From the NCBI RefSeq assembly GCF_009914755.1, contig NC_060937.1: a DNA stretch of 64,000 nt; one strand, 5' to 3'. This DNA comes from the human T2T-CHM13v2.0 reference genome, Homo sapiens. Position numbers and translations under genes: made by a program. The notes beneath the pieces were generated by a model. The model was not told the DNA's origin, did not search any database, and worked only from the letters and a program-made list of their open reading frames with translations. Positions 1-18,817 of this stretch are shown piece after piece; positions within the stretch are counted from its first letter, which is position 1; every line of letters starts with the position of its first letter.

Positions 1-4610
<4,610 letters not shown>

Positions 4611-5433
4611 GAAAATATAGTATTTATGTATATCTTAACTCATAGCCTAGGAATCTTGATAGACAGTGTATAAATAATATTAAGCAATAAATACTTGGAG
4701 CTCCAGGTACACAGAAGTGATGAATAAAATGAAGATTTTAGAAAGACTTGATCAGAGATCAGCCTATAAGATAGGTAATCTTTAAATTGCAGAATACAGG
4801 GGACCTTTTTCTGATTTATTAGTTATAAACTCTATTATTCTAATGATATTACAATGGCTATTACAAAAATGACAGTCATAGTTCTAACACTGTTTTCCTC
4901 TTTTCCCCTCTCAGGAGAATTCAGGAGAAAAAGATAAACACTGGACTCCACAGGACTCTATCTATCTATCTATCTACTTATTTACCTACATATCCATCTG
5001 TCTATACCTATGCCTATATTAAAATCTGTATCTATCCTCTAAATTTAAAATACTTTAATTAAATCATTGCATGAATTTAATTTATTCCACAGGAATCTTT
5101 AGGATTGATCTATGCTATCAATTTCACTCAGACATTGAATTTCAGAATTTTTTTAAAATTACTTTTTTAAATTATTTTACATGTCTGTCTGTCTGTCTTT
5201 TATTTTGTATGGGTAACTTGACAGAATAAGTCTTATTTAATAAATTAAAAATATAAAAAATCAAAATATTATTACATTATTATTTACTTTTTTTTTGGCA
5301 ACAGCATGTATGTTAGAAAAAATATGACTATTGAGTCGAGGAATCTGAGATTAAATCCAAAGTTTTCCTTGTAAAATGATGTGAAATAGGGAAATTTAGT
5401 TGACTACTTTTTTCATCACTTTTTGTACAATTA

Positions 5434-5469
5434 AAATGACATAAACAGTATAAATGACATAAACAGTAT
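5434..5469. repeat. Perfect 18-bp tandem duplication (aaatgacataaacagtat x2) within a decayed MIR-like region
   Basis: Read directly: 5434-5451 and 5452-5469. Confidence 0.85.
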
Positions 5470-6682
5470 TTGTGTTATAGGGTAGTTGTGAGAATTTAAT
5501 CAGTTAACCAATAGTAGAATGAACAAATGACCATTTTTTTTCCTCTACTGTCCTACTATCTGATCATTCTTACTTTGGAAACATATATAGACATCAGTGT
5601 TCTTGGAAAGCAAGGCTTGTATTTCACTATTGATGACAATAAGTTGAGCTACTTCTCCTTCCTCACCTTGAAAACGTAAGGCCAATAGTGTGCTTCCAAC
5701 AAGAGACTTTAAATCTGGAGTGACCAAAGCAAAGAAGGAAAGAAAGATTTTGTTTTGTATTTGTTTTGCATTGTCAAAGGTTGAAGCAACATTAAGTAAG
5801 TTTGGAGGAGAATGTAACTTAGAGCTACCTAATACGTCTAGAGTAGGTAGAGGCAGAGACGCCAGCTGAAGCATCCAGCGTCTTTCCATAGAAACATCTT
5901 TGTCCTCACCAGGCGTTCACCGAGATGTAATTGTGGTCTCTATTTAACTATCAAGCTTCTCTTGGTGTTAGCCACTTCTGACACATTTGGTCAATTTTCT
6001 AAGCTAACCATTATGTTTCCAAAAGATTCCTCTTATTTATGGATCACTTAGTTTATTCTTGTTGTACCCATATAAAAGCAACCTCTTATAGTGACATTGT
6101 CAGGAATTGCATGAATAACAACCTTCAAATATCTACTAATAATAAGAACACTGGCAAAAAAATATTAAACTCTGGAAACTAAAAATAAGGCTGGGAACAA
6201 TATAGGAAGCATGTATTCAAGAAAAACAATGAAATCTAGAGAACAGTGAGGTTTAAATATGCTTATTTTTATCTCCTTCTCTGTAATGTTGTGGTTGCCA
6301 CCAATCCACTACAAAATATTCCACAAAACTGAATATGAGAAAACATTTCCCAATTCATCCATGGTGCCAATATTACCTTGATACCTAAACCAGACAGAGA
6401 CATGATAACTAACTCTAGACCAGTATCTCTTGTGAATATAGATGTGAAATCTTCCACAAAATACTAACAAACAAATAAAAAAATACAGCAAAATATAAAA
6501 AGAGTTCTACACTGTGACTAAGTATAATGTATTTGAAAAAGACAATGTGTATTAACATCTGAAAATTTTAATTTAATATACTCTACTAATTAATTGAAAA
6601 AAGACAAAAATCACATGCATATTTCAATAGATACAGGAAAATCCAATACCCTTTTCATGATAAAAACATTCATTGAACTAGG

Positions 6683-6821
6683 GGCCAGGCAAGGTGGCTC
6701 ACGCTTGTAATCCCAGCACTTTGGGAGGCCGAGGCAGGTGGATCACCTGAGGTCAGGAGTTCAAGACCAGCCTGGTCAACATGGGGAAATCCCATTTCTA
6801 AAAGCAAAAACAACAACAAAT
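6683..6821 (+). mobile_element. Alu left monomer only (AluS-type) with its own 20-bp TSD
   Basis: ggccaggcaaggtggctcacgc...gatcacctgaggtcaggagttc...A-rich end. TSD aaaacattcattgaactagg at 6663-6682 and 6822-6841. Confidence 0.85.
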
Positions 6822-7896
6822 AAAACATTCATTGAACTAGGAATATAAGGGACCTTTCTCAGCCTGATAAAAACATCTATTTTTAAAAAAGGAGAAACAT
6901 ATTTAATAGTGAAAGTCACTTGTATAGTGAATGCTGGAGGGTCAAGCCATTGCTGTGGGGGAAACACACACACACACACATAAAAAAGAAAAAATAATAA
7001 TAAATACAAAGAAATATATTAATCTATTAAATATGTTCAGCCAGATTTCAGGATACAAGTTAAATATACAAATACAAACTGTATTTCTATACGCTAGCAA
7101 TAAAAAATCTGAAAATGAGATGAAGAAAACAATCACATTGATAATAATATCAAAAATAAATTATTTAGGAATAAATTTAGCAAAATAGGTACAAGACTAG
7201 GGACCTAACTCAACAGAATGACATCTCATATACAAGATTGGAAGATTTATTTTTTTTTACGTGGCAATACTCACAAATTGATCTGGAGATTCAATGCAAT
7301 CAATATTTAAATCCCAGGTACCCTTTTGTAGAAATTGATAAACTGATCTTTTTTAAAAAAATATGGAAATACAAGGGACCCAGAATATCCAAAAATTCTT
7401 AAAATAAAAACTAAAGACAGTGTGATCACACTACATGATTTTAAAAACTACTACAAAGCTTCAGTAAACAAGAAAATGTGGGAATGGCATAAAGATATAC
7501 ACATAGACTAATGTAATAGAATTGAAAAATACAAAAATAAACCCTCACAGTTATGGCCAATTGATTTTTGACAAGGGTGCCAAGAATTCAGTGGGAAAGA
7601 AAGGTCTTTTCAACAAAAGAAGCAAGGACAGCATGCAAAAGAATGAAGTAGAACTGCTATCTCATGACAAATACAAAATTAACTCAAAGCACGGATCATA
7701 TTTCTTAATTTAAGACCTTAAATGTTTGAAATCTAAAACTTTAAAAAGACAACACAGGCATAAATCTTCATGAACATAGATTAGAAAATAATTTTTTGGA
7801 TTTATCAATAAAACCACAAGCTAAATAAATAAATAAATAGAATTTCATGAAGTTAATAACTTCTGTGCTTCCAAAGGCACGATTAAGAAAATTGCA

Positions 7897-8044
7897 GAGT
7901 GTCAGGAGAAATAGCGAATGCATGCTGGGCTTAATACCTAGGCGATGGGTTGATAGGCACAGCAAATCACCATGGCACATGTTTACCTATGTAACAAACC
8001 TGCACATCCTACACATGTACTCCAGAACTTAAAACTAAAAAAAA
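7897..8044 (+). mobile_element. Short 5'-truncated older L1PA 3' end (L1PA11-13-like) nested in the L1M
   Basis: gcatgctgggcttaatacctagg...gtaacaaacctgcacatcc...ccagaacttaaaa plus A tail. Confidence 0.8.
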
Positions 8045-10334
8045 TTCATAGAATGGGAGAAAATATTTACAAATCTTAGTCTGATAGAGGCCTTCTAACC
8101 AGAGTATCAAAACGTAAAAGGAACACTTATAACTCAACAATAAAAAGAAAAATAACCCCAAGACAAGAATAGGAAAATATTTCCATAGAGCTTTCTCCAA
8201 AGAAGGTATACAAAAAAGATTCTCAAAAATAATTAGAAATGAGAAACTAGGAAATGCTTATAAACCCACAATGAGATACTACTTCAAATATACTGGGATT
8301 ATTTAAATAAAATCACAATTTTAGGCAAAAATGTGAAGAAACTGATACCCTTATACATTGCTGGTGTGAACAGAAAATGGTGCAGCCACTTTGGAAAACA
8401 GTTTTGCAGTTTCTCCAAAAGTGAAACCAAGAATTAACCACAGGACTCAATAATCCCACACCTACATATATACCAAAAACAATTGAAAACATATGTTCAA
8501 ACAAAAAGGCATATATAGTAGTTTAAGTCATAACAGCCAAACTATAGAAACAAATGTCCTTCTATTGATGACGTATTAACAAATGTGGTAAAGCTTAATA
8601 ATGGAATATTGTTCATCCATAAACGGAATGAAATATCGATATACACTACCTGAAATTGACTTTAAAACATTGTGCTACATGAAAGAAGCCATAAACAAAA
8701 GGCCAGAAATTGTATAATTATTTTTACATGAAATATTCAGAATGAGCAAATCCACAGAGATAAAAAGCAGATTAATTGCTGCTAAGGAAAGACTGGGTTA
8801 TTAAGACTGACAATGTATTGGGTATAGGATTTCTTTTCAGGATGACAAAAATGTTTTGGAATTTGCTAGTGGTGATGTCTGCTCATCTCAATATATTCAA
8901 ACACACTGATTTCTGTACTTTAAAATTTAATTAACTTTATGATATGTGAATTATATCTGAATTGAAACCAAACTAAAAGCAGAAACAACCCCTGCCATAT
9001 ATTTAATATATAAGATGTTGCATAGCATATAAAAAATCCATAATAAATAATCACTGTTATGCTTTACCAATTTCTCCTAAAACACTTAACTGAAATAGTG
9101 CATTGTAGTAATGTCTTATTCAATTTTATATGACATAAAATATTATGAAAAAAGATAATATATAGAATTATATGCTTAAAGACTTAAGTGATAAAATAAA
9201 AATTTGTAGCATACTGAGAAAAGTGTGGTCTTAATTTGTTTAATTCCCTGGGCAGATCTTTGCTCCCTTGATGTCACAGAATTTAAATGAATATAATTTT
9301 TATATGTAACTTTATCCAGCAGAATGATCATTTTTCGATAGCTGTGAAACATTTTAAACCACGCAGTTTTAGCAACTACAGAACTCATGTGACTTTCTCA
9401 TAAAATCATGTTAAGTTTTTTTTTTTACATAAATCAAAGGGAAAAAAGCTAGATAAGTCAAAACACATTTTGAGGTTTCATTTTTTTCAATTTTTAAAAT
9501 TTTACTTTAGACTCTAGCTTCTTTTCACTTGAATGTATAATATGTTATTATATATTCAATTTTATAAAACCTCTGCATACCACACATAGATACAAATTAA
9601 TGGTGTGGCAAATAAAATGATACATTTTAGTTTCTGAAGGAGTAGAAAACTAGCACAAACTGTTGGTTTCACACTTAAACCCAATCCTGCCGATTATACT
9701 GAAGAGAGAGTAATCATATATATTTGAGAGCCTAACATCATTTGTGACGTTCTGAGTGAGATAAAAATTTAGAGCACTGCCTTGAGAAAATATCTGGGAG
9801 GAAAACTTGATATGTTCTTTTTTTACTACCCCATATTGTTCCCTTAGGAAGAGTTACTGCATGTTTCCTATCCCTCAGTGATGATACATCAGTGTCAGTG
9901 CAGAACTTGCCAGAATTGGATTGTTAACATCACAATGCCATCAGAGCCCAGCTTGAATGAGGAATTTTGAATAGCAGAAGCAAACAGACTTGCTGGTCAT
10001 GAATATTACCTTCTCATTTAAGCTACCAGCTCTAAGGTTAAGGCATCCACAGATAAGAAAGAAAATCTTAAGAGGATTTATGTGCAAATGGAAGTAAATA
10101 GATGCAACCCCTGAGGTCTACATACTAGAGATAACAGCAAATAGGTTGAGCGAAGTCAGCTTACAGGCTTAGGGCTTCATGCCCAGCTGTAATTCCCCCA
10201 GCTACTCCTGATTGTTTTGATAAGACACAAAAACGTATCATATGCCTTAGCCCTTCATACAATTACCCAAAGTATCTGATACTGGCCACATGAGTACTCA
10301 GATAAAAGAATTATGTATTTCAGAGGCTGCAACT

Positions 10335-10560
10335 ACCATTAACCAGCATTAGAAGAGAAAGAGAAAGAAACAGAGCATCTTAATGGTGGGAGAGAGGAAT
10401 TAGAAAGAAGAGCAGGAAAGAAACAGTAGAAAAAAAAAGAGGAGAAAAAGGATGAACAACAGAGAAAGAGGAGAGAGAGATTAAAAAAAAAAGAGCTGGG
10501 GGAAGGAGAGAGAAGGAAGATGAATCTACAATAAAAAAGAGTTAAAGAAGCAGATAGGAA
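10335..10560 (+). repeat. GA-rich low-complexity purine tract
   Basis: Strong A/G bias on the + strand (agaagagaaagagaaagaaa...). Confidence 0.7.
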
Positions 10561-12176
10561 TTTGAAATAGGAACAGTACGTAGCCTAACAGAGATAAGGG
10601 AGAGTATGAAAACCACTAAGAAGAAGAAAGCAATTATAATGAATTACCAAGTAGGGATAGCAAGAATGTAAAAAACAAATTTAATTGACATTAAGATATC
10701 AATACATGAAATATATACCATGATGCACACAGATTAAGAACAATACAGAAGGCTGAATATTAAAGTTACCTCTCAGGAAAGGATACAGACAAAAATATAA
10801 AATAAAACTTAATAATATGATAGATTAAGGAATATCAACATCTATGCAATGGAAGTCCCTGGAAGATGGAAGGAGGTAAATCAAAGGCTGAAACTTTACA
10901 TTGGAAGAGCAGCAATCTTAGGCCGAGGATGTTTATTGTATTTGAGTACGATACATAATGCCGAATTTCCTATGATTCAACTGATCATAAAGGAATAAGA
11001 CTGATTATAAAGGAAGCACTCTGCCTCATCGGAGAACACAGATATCTTGTGCCCCCATCAACCTGGCTTTAACTGACTGAACCTTTTATTGGCGTGTAAA
11101 TCAAAGGCAGTCTTCTACAAGGGCATTGTCAGTCATCTTTCCTTCTCTCTCTCTTTCCTTTTCTCTCTCTTCCCCCATCAATCTGTGTATATTTAATTTC
11201 TTTAAATTTTACTTTGGATTGATGGTGGAGTAGACATGAATGCAAAATACAGTGCTGGGAACATGAACATTGAACAAGTATTAATTTTGCTTACCTGTGA
11301 ATGTCTAAATCTGTGGATTTGCAATTAAACTCTGTTATCTGTCTAACATGTATGTTCTAAATATAGGAAAGGAAGCACTTAGTCAATTTGCTGGCATATT
11401 TCAGATCTTTAAAAGAAAGTAATTTGTACTTCTCCTTACAATCCTCATAAGACAAAGTGTAAATTCAAGAACTGTTAGTCTTTATTAAATTGTTCTTTAT
11501 AATAGGTATATAGGACTTTACAATTTACAAAGTGATTTCATAGTCATTTTAATTATTATATTTTTGTCTACTTAAAAACCCTGAATTGGTGGCAAATCAC
11601 AAAACCAAGGCTCAGTTTAAATGCTGGCCCCAAATCATGCAAATAGAAAGTGATAAATTCAAGATGCACATCGAGATCCGAATCCAGGTATAGTTCTCTC
11701 TAGTTCCTGGTTACCCCATAGCAGGGAACAGATAAACCCTGTCATAATGACTTATGGTGCCAGCGAATGTGTTGCTCTTTCTCTAAACGTTTATTGTCCT
11801 CTTCCCCACAGATTTTTCAAGGTGGAATCAATTAGGTTCAAAGACATAGATGTGCTTAATCAATAATGTGAGAGAAACTACCTTAAGTTTCACTCAACCC
11901 ACATTAACTATTTTTCCCTCTGGGTTGCACTACTTCGGCCTTTCCATGTTACTTCATTTTTCCATATTCAACTGTACATATCGTATGATCTTTGAGGACA
12001 GCTTGAGGTCTACTTTGTGGATGGCTTGGAGTCTACTCTTTTAGAGAACTTTAATATGTATCTCAACGGTTTAAAATTAAGACTAGTAAACACAGGAAGA
12101 TGTCAAGAAATTTAAATACAAAATATGCTTCAAATAAGCCCATAATTTACTTAAAGATAATGATAATTGATGACAT

Positions 12177-12574
12177 TGTCATAGTTTGGATGTTTGTCCC
12201 CCCAAAACTCATGTTGAAATTTGATCTCCAGTGTCAGAGGTGGGGCCTACTGGGAGATGTTTGGATCATGGGAGCGGATCCCTCATGAATGGCTTGGTGC
12301 TGTCCTCATGGTAATGAGGTCTTGTTCTATTAGTTCCCTCAAGAGCTGGTTGTTAAAAAGAGCCTGACACCTGCTCCTGTCTCTCTTGCTTCCTGTGTAA
12401 CCATGTGATCTCTGAATGCATGGCCTCCCTTTGCCTTCTGTCATGAGTGGAAACTTGGAAACTTTCACTAAAGGCCTAATATTCCAGCTAGAAGAATAGT
12501 GAGCCAAGAAATTTTTCTATGTTAATTACCCAGGTTCAGGTATTCCTTTATCGCAACACAAATTTACTAAGACA
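12177..12574 (+). mobile_element. MaLR solo LTR (MSTB-like)
   Basis: TG...CA termini (tgtcatagtttggatgtttgtcccc ... ctaagaca) with perfect 5-bp TSD gacat (12172-12176, 12575-12579). Lies ~80 bp from the KLHL1 splice donor. Confidence 0.88.
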
Positions 12575-12656
12575 GACATCAATAATATATTTTATCATAT
12601 AGTTACATTATCAATAACATGTTTCTAAAAGTAATATCAGTAAAGTAAGATCTTAC

Positions 12657-12881
12657 CTAGACCATGTCTGTGTGTTGACATTGGTGGTAAGACAGTCCAT
12701 GTCTTGGTTTTGGGATTGTAACATTCAACAGTGTTCAATGTCTTTAAGCCATCTCGACCTCCAATTACAAAGAGTTTGTCATCAATAACAGCCACACCAA
12801 ACTGCAGCCTTCTGCCATTCATCATCCCTGCCTGGATCCACAGATTTGTTCTCAGATCATATTTCTCTATAGTTGTAGCTC
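12657..12881 (-). CDS. KLHL1: Kelch-like protein 1 internal coding exon (Kelch repeats 1-2; probably exon 7), 225 nt, phase 1 to 1
   Basis: Translation (G)[75 protein letters not shown] with Kelch GG...Y...W motif. Acceptor ttttatcag|GAGCT (AG at 12883-12882), donor CTAG|gtaaga (GT at 12656-12655). Joins the upstream exon in frame (G|GA = Gly). Confidence 0.94.
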
Positions 12882-13453
12882 CTGATAAAACATAAAATCA
12901 AAAAGTCACCAATTGCTATAAATTCAACAAACAGCCTGCCAAAGCAGGGTACAAATTAGGATGTGAAAACACTCTTGTCATATTCATTTTTTTTAAAAGA
13001 AAAAGTGGCAGAAAAACAAAAGGAGTAGTAATTCAACTACTTTATTTTCTCTTCTTGGCAGACATGATTGATCAAAATAGACACAAATGTTCACCTTGTT
13101 CGAATTACATAATGGTCTCATGCTAAACTATTGATTCTATAGAAACATTGGTGAGCATGACCCAGTTCTGTCAGTGGATTTTACAAATTCCCTCTATCAC
13201 TTTTGTCATTTAAAAATGTAGCATAATACCAGCTTGAAAAATATTTATGAAAGCCCTTTTAAATAATTAAGCTATGCATGTTATTTGGATAATTTCTGAA
13301 AGTTAATTCAATAAAATATTACCATGTTTTTCTTTAAATTTGTCATACGCCTTAAATAACTGAAGGTTTTAAAAGTCAATTGTAAGATATATAAGCAAAT
13401 ATTTGCTATGCTTTTTAAACCAGCTTTTAAAAAATAATCTGGGGAAGAGCTTA

Positions 13454-13762
<309 letters not shown>

Positions 13763-14707
13763 AATCTGGGGAATAGTTTAATAGAATTTTATAAAATGAT
13801 CTTCTATCCTGAACAATCATGTTAGAATCTCTAAATAATATAGCTTATATTTCTTAAAAGCTTTTTACATATAAGTTTGAGAAATGCAATAACTCTGACT
13901 AATAAAATAGAAATTGAAAGAAGCAGCTAAATTACTGGTGAGATTTGTTTTAATGGGTTTAATTACCCAATTCTCATTAAAAATGCCTGTGTAGAACAAG
14001 CTCCCAAATGTTTATATAATATAATATAAGCTAACAGACACTGATCTTGATGTAGTGTTTGACTTCATGTTCAGACTCACCTTCACCAATGTTATACCTT
14101 CAATCATGAAACATTTCTACAAAGCAAATTAACATTCTTGTGTACTTTCACTTAAGCACTGATGATCTATTTTACCTGTAATAAAAGTTTGCAAATCTAG
14201 GGAATATATTCCTCTGGGGACTCATTTACTCTTTAGAACCCAACTAGTAATGAACTAAATGAACATAAACACTTTCATAACAGAAGTTTTGCTAATTAAA
14301 GTAAAAACGATACAATTTATGCTCAATTTTTACTTAAAGGTAATAGCAATAATTAGATATGTCAAATCTGCTTTCTGATATTGCTAAAATTATAGGTTCA
14401 TTCCAATATATAACTAATTTTGAACTATTAGGAAATTATTGTTATTGTTAGGATAAAAATAAATTGCAATGTTCACAAAAGTTATTCAATACTGTTTATT
14501 AACATGTATAATATTTTAAACAAATGTATTTTATATTTTAATATATTTATTATATTGGATATTGAATGTTTTATTCATTTGACTTCAAATCAAAATTCTA
14601 AAGCAAACTACATAGTTGAATAACTTCAAAGTCATCTGGATTCTCAAAGCTTGATAACTTTTATATTACATGAATGCATAACTAAAAATTAAGAGTTATA
14701 CACAGAT

Positions 14708-15029
<322 letters not shown>

Positions 15030-15504
15030 TTACACAGATATCTGTCTCTTGTGACTATATTTGACCGATGATGGCAGAAGAAAGTAATCTAATCCTAATT
15101 AACACAATCTCATTAGGCTCATATTTTCTGGTATGAGTGGACAAGGAAGAAAGTACTTGAACAACTGTACTTCCCACAGACTCCAAAGCCTTGCTAAAAA
15201 TCTTTGCAGGGAATTTGAGGTCCAGTTACCCTCCTCAGAGGAAATAGTTAGGAATGAGTGAAATTAAGACTTCCGAGCAAGCAAAGGAGTTGCAATTCAA
15301 AAAGGAAAAGTCAGGAATTGATTTGGATTTCAAAGTCTCATTCAAATGAGCTAGATAAGTCTTAAATCTCAATACATGACAGGATTTTTAACCTTTACAG
15401 TTTTTCCTGTAACTTCAGTCTTCAAAAGTGACCTACTCACTTATCCTAATAGCTACAGCAGAAATAGGAGCTCATTTCCATCTTCATTTTTCAAATTAGA
15501 ATTT

Positions 15505-16319
15505 ATATTAATTTACTATGGCTACTGTTAAGAATATTTCCAATTTAGTGACAAATAACACCGATTTGTTATCTTACAGTTCAGGAGGTCAGAAATCTGA
15601 AATGGTTATTTCTGCACTAAAATCAAAATGCTGCCATGGCTCTGTTCCTTTCTGGAGGCTGCAGGAGAAAATCAGTTCTCTTGCCTTTTCTATCTTCTAG
15701 AACAAGGGTCCCCACCTTCCAGGACGTGGACCAGTAATGGTCCGTGGTCTGTTAGGAACCAGGACGCACAGCAGGAGGTGAGCGGCACCCCGAGCTCCAC
15801 CTTCTGTCAGACCAGCCGTGGCATTAAATTCTCATAGGAGCGCAAACCCTATTGTGAACTGTGCATGGGAGGGATCTAGGTTGATCATACCATATGAGAA
15901 TCTAATGCCTGATAACCTGAGGTGGAACAATTTCACCCTGAAACCAACCCCCACTCTCCGACCCCTGTCCATGGAAAAATGTTCTTCCACCAAACTAGTC
16001 CCTGGTGCCCAAAAAGTTGGGGACTGCTATTCTAGAGGCCACCACATTCCTTGTTACTCCATCTTCTATCCCCAAAGTCAGCAACATTGCATTTCTCTGA
16101 CATTGACCCTTGTGATTACAATGGGCTCATACCAGTTTAATCAGACATAATGTAGAATAATCTGTTTATGTTAAATTCAGCTGCTTAACAACTTTAATTC
16201 CTTCACAAGCTTTATCCCACTCTTTCTGTGTAACATAACATATTCACAGGTTCCACGGTTTAGGATATGGACATTTTTCTGGGCGGGGTGGGGGGAGGTG
16301 CATTATTCAGCTTACCTCA
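15505..16319 (-). mobile_element. MaLR MLT1-type LTR interrupted by MER1B
   Basis: MLT1 motifs (atcttacagttc.ggaggtcagaa.tc; atattcacaggttcca...ggacatttt...attcagcttacc) on both sides of the nested MER1B. Confidence 0.72.
15703..16029 (+). mobile_element. MER1B (hAT-Charlie non-autonomous DNA transposon)
   Basis: Terminal inverted repeats caagggtcccca... / ...gttggggactgcta. 8-bp TSD ttctagaa/ttctagag (15695-15702, 16030-16037), typical of Charlie elements. Confidence 0.85.
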
Positions 16320-16929
16320 GAAACCAAGGCCTATTTATACTCCAGTCTTCAATCTTGCTCAGTTATATAAAGTTAAGCAATACAAAATGAAAAAGGATAT
16401 TTTATGTTTGTAGAGCTTACTCATACTAGCCAATACAATTGATTTTCTTATTCAAATGTCAGCAGGTATTGTAAACGTTTTGTCTTCTTTTTAAGAATAA
16501 TAAAATTAAGGTATGCTTTCTTTTTATGAAAATTATTAATAATAATATCCTTCATGGAATTTCCTCACCAATGTACTTTATTAGCTTTCTATCTAAGCCA
16601 CCTCATTCTATAATTATTATTAATTTATCAATTTGTGAGTTCTGTTGTTTTCTTTTGTTTCTAAGACTGTATGTATTTCCCTGGGTATTTTCTGAGTCAG
16701 AAGAAAAGGACAAAGTCAGTCGTGAGTAATTTTAGCCTTTGTTGTCCCTTAGAGAAAAACCAATATTTATCATAATATAGATTACAAACAGAATACAAGT
16801 TAGAGTGGACTGCTGCAGTGCTATGTAATAAACTTGGAAGGGATTCAAAATGAAAGTTTACTTTAAGACATAATTATTTTAGGGTTACTCTGTTAATGAA
16901 GCCATCACTGGTATCTCAAATACCTACAA

Positions 16930-17066
16930 GGTGAAGGCGAATTACTCTGTGCGTAGAATATACATTATTCGGGTGATGACTACCTAAAGCCCTCGATGGA
17001 CCACAATGTAATCCATGCATGTAACAAAATTGCACATATATACCCCATACATTTATTTAAAATATA
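16930..17066 (+). mobile_element. L1PB-like 3' end fragment
   Basis: gggtgatgactacctaaagccc...gcatgtaacaaaattgcacat...ccccata motif. Confidence 0.6.
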
Positions 17067-17781
17067 ATGAAATGTGGGACTGCAGGCATGACAGAGTCCT
17101 GACCACTTTTGTTAACTGAAGAATGCCCACTCTACTGAAAAATAACAATCACTACTTTGTTGTTGCCATTGGAAATTCTGGCTGAGTATTGCCAGGCATT
17201 TTGACTGATTAAGAGGAGGCAGAAATCTAGATTTTTAAAATGTGCAATCTCCAAACAATAAACATATAATAATTTAAATAATGTTTAAGTACATAAAAAC
17301 AAGCACATGGCCACATCTGCCATAGAGAACTATTATTAGGAGTGGTTATATCCACATTGTTTTTTCTCTTAAACTCAAGACTGCTGCCATTACAAACATG
17401 TCAAGGTTGCATTAGCTTTAGTAGGCAATTATGTTGTCATTGTGTGAGCTTTTGTACAGTAATAATATTATTTTATAAAAGGTATACTATAATTTAATAA
17501 AATCTAAAAGAATCGTAAAGTATCTTAACCTGATGTAGTTACATAATTCAAAGGTGAATCTCATTCATCATATATAGAAAATCTGAAATACTAGATAGAA
17601 ATTTTTCTGACTATTTGATATAAGACAACATAGGATATATTTATGTCCAATTTTATAAACTTGATAATTTATTATAGACTATATGTTAGTTAAGAGATAG
17701 GTGTGTAGCATTTGTAGTAATATCAAATTTTGATACTGAGTTATTAGAAATAATTCCTACAATGCCCATTGATTATTTTCT

Positions 17782-18302
17782 TTTTATTATTTTTTAATTT
17801 TACTTTAAGTTCTGGGATACACGAAAGAACATGCAGGTTTATTACATAGGTATACATGCGCCATGGTGGTTTGCTGCACTTATCAACCCGTCATCTAGGT
17901 TTTAAGCCCCACATGCATTAAGTATTTGTCCCCTTGCCCCCCTACCCCCTGACAGGCCCTGGTGTCTGATGTTCCCCTCCCTGCGTCCATGTGTTCTCAC
18001 TGTTCAACTCCCACTTATGAGTGAGAACATGCAGTGTTTGATTTCCTGTTCCTGTGTTAGTTTGCTGAGAATGATGGTTTCCAGCTTCATCCATGTCCCT
18101 GCAAAGGACATAAATTCATTCTTTTTTATGGCTGCATAGTATTCCATGGTGTATATGTGCCCCATTTTCTTTATCCAGTCTATCATTGGTAAGTATTTGG
18201 GTTGGTTCCAAGTCTTTGCTATTGTAAATGGCGCTGCAATAAACATACGTATCCATGTGTCTTTACAGTGAAATGATTTATAATCTTTTGAGTATATACC
18301 CA
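17782..18302 (-). mobile_element. 5'-truncated L1 3' end (L1PA8-like), 3' part of a chimeric insertion
   Basis: Reverse-complement L1 3'UTR and ORF2 C-terminus (ORF 18004-18303: ...WIKKMGHIYTMEYYAAIKKNE...). T-rich tail abuts the left TSD copy. Confidence 0.9.
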
Positions 18303-18817
18303 AGAACTCCCACTATTGAGTGAGATTCTCAAAGTATGGGGGATAAGGGAGGAGACCATCCCTCATATTGTCTTATGCCCAATTTCTGCCTCCGTAGAAA
18401 AAAGAAGTAAAAACTAAAAGGCAGAAATGCAATCCACAAGCAGACAGCCTGGCGCCACACCCTGGGCCTGGTAGTTAAAGATCGACCCCTGACCTAATCA
18501 GTTATGTTATCTATAGAATACAGACATTGTACAGAAAAGCACTGTGAAAATCCCTGTTCTGTTTTGTTCCAATCTAATTACCGGTGCATGCAGCCCCCAG
18601 TCCCGTACCCCCTGCTTGCTCAATCGATCACGACCCTCTCACGTGCACCCCCATAGAGTTGTGAGCCCTTAAAAAGGACAGGAATTGCTCACTCAGGGAG
18701 CTCGGCTCTTGAGACAGGAGTCTTGCCGATGCTCCCGGCTGAATAAACCGCTTCCTTCTTTAACTCGGTGTCTGAGGTGTTTTGTCTGTGGCTTGTCCTG
18801 CTACATTTCTGGGTTCC
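18303..18817 (+). mobile_element. HERV-E/Harlequin fragment: internal 3' end and PPT (18303-18343), complete LTR2 (18344-18805), start of leader/PBS-Glu (18806-18817)
   Basis: LTR begins taagggaggagacca.ccctcatattgtcttatgcccaatttctgcc and ends gtcctgctaca (462 bp, internal AATAAA). It is preceded by agaactcccact..gagtgagattctcaaag..ggggga and followed by tttct(g)ggttcc, matching recalled HERV-E internal 3' and 5' termini. Confidence 0.82.

Larger units (their letters stand above)
6290..8970 (+). mobile_element. Old degenerate L1M ORF2/3'UTR fragments
   Basis: Degenerate ORF2 peptides (SGYKLNIQ, YLGINLAK, YGQLIFDKGAKN) and an L1M-type 3'UTR (gaaagaagcca...caaatccacagaga...gtggtgatg). Boundaries approximate. 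Confidence 0.75.

Noticed and set aside
5545-5889. 114-aa minus-strand ORF as an extra KLHL1 exon
   Set aside because: No Kelch motifs, no recognisable homology and no convincing splice pair.
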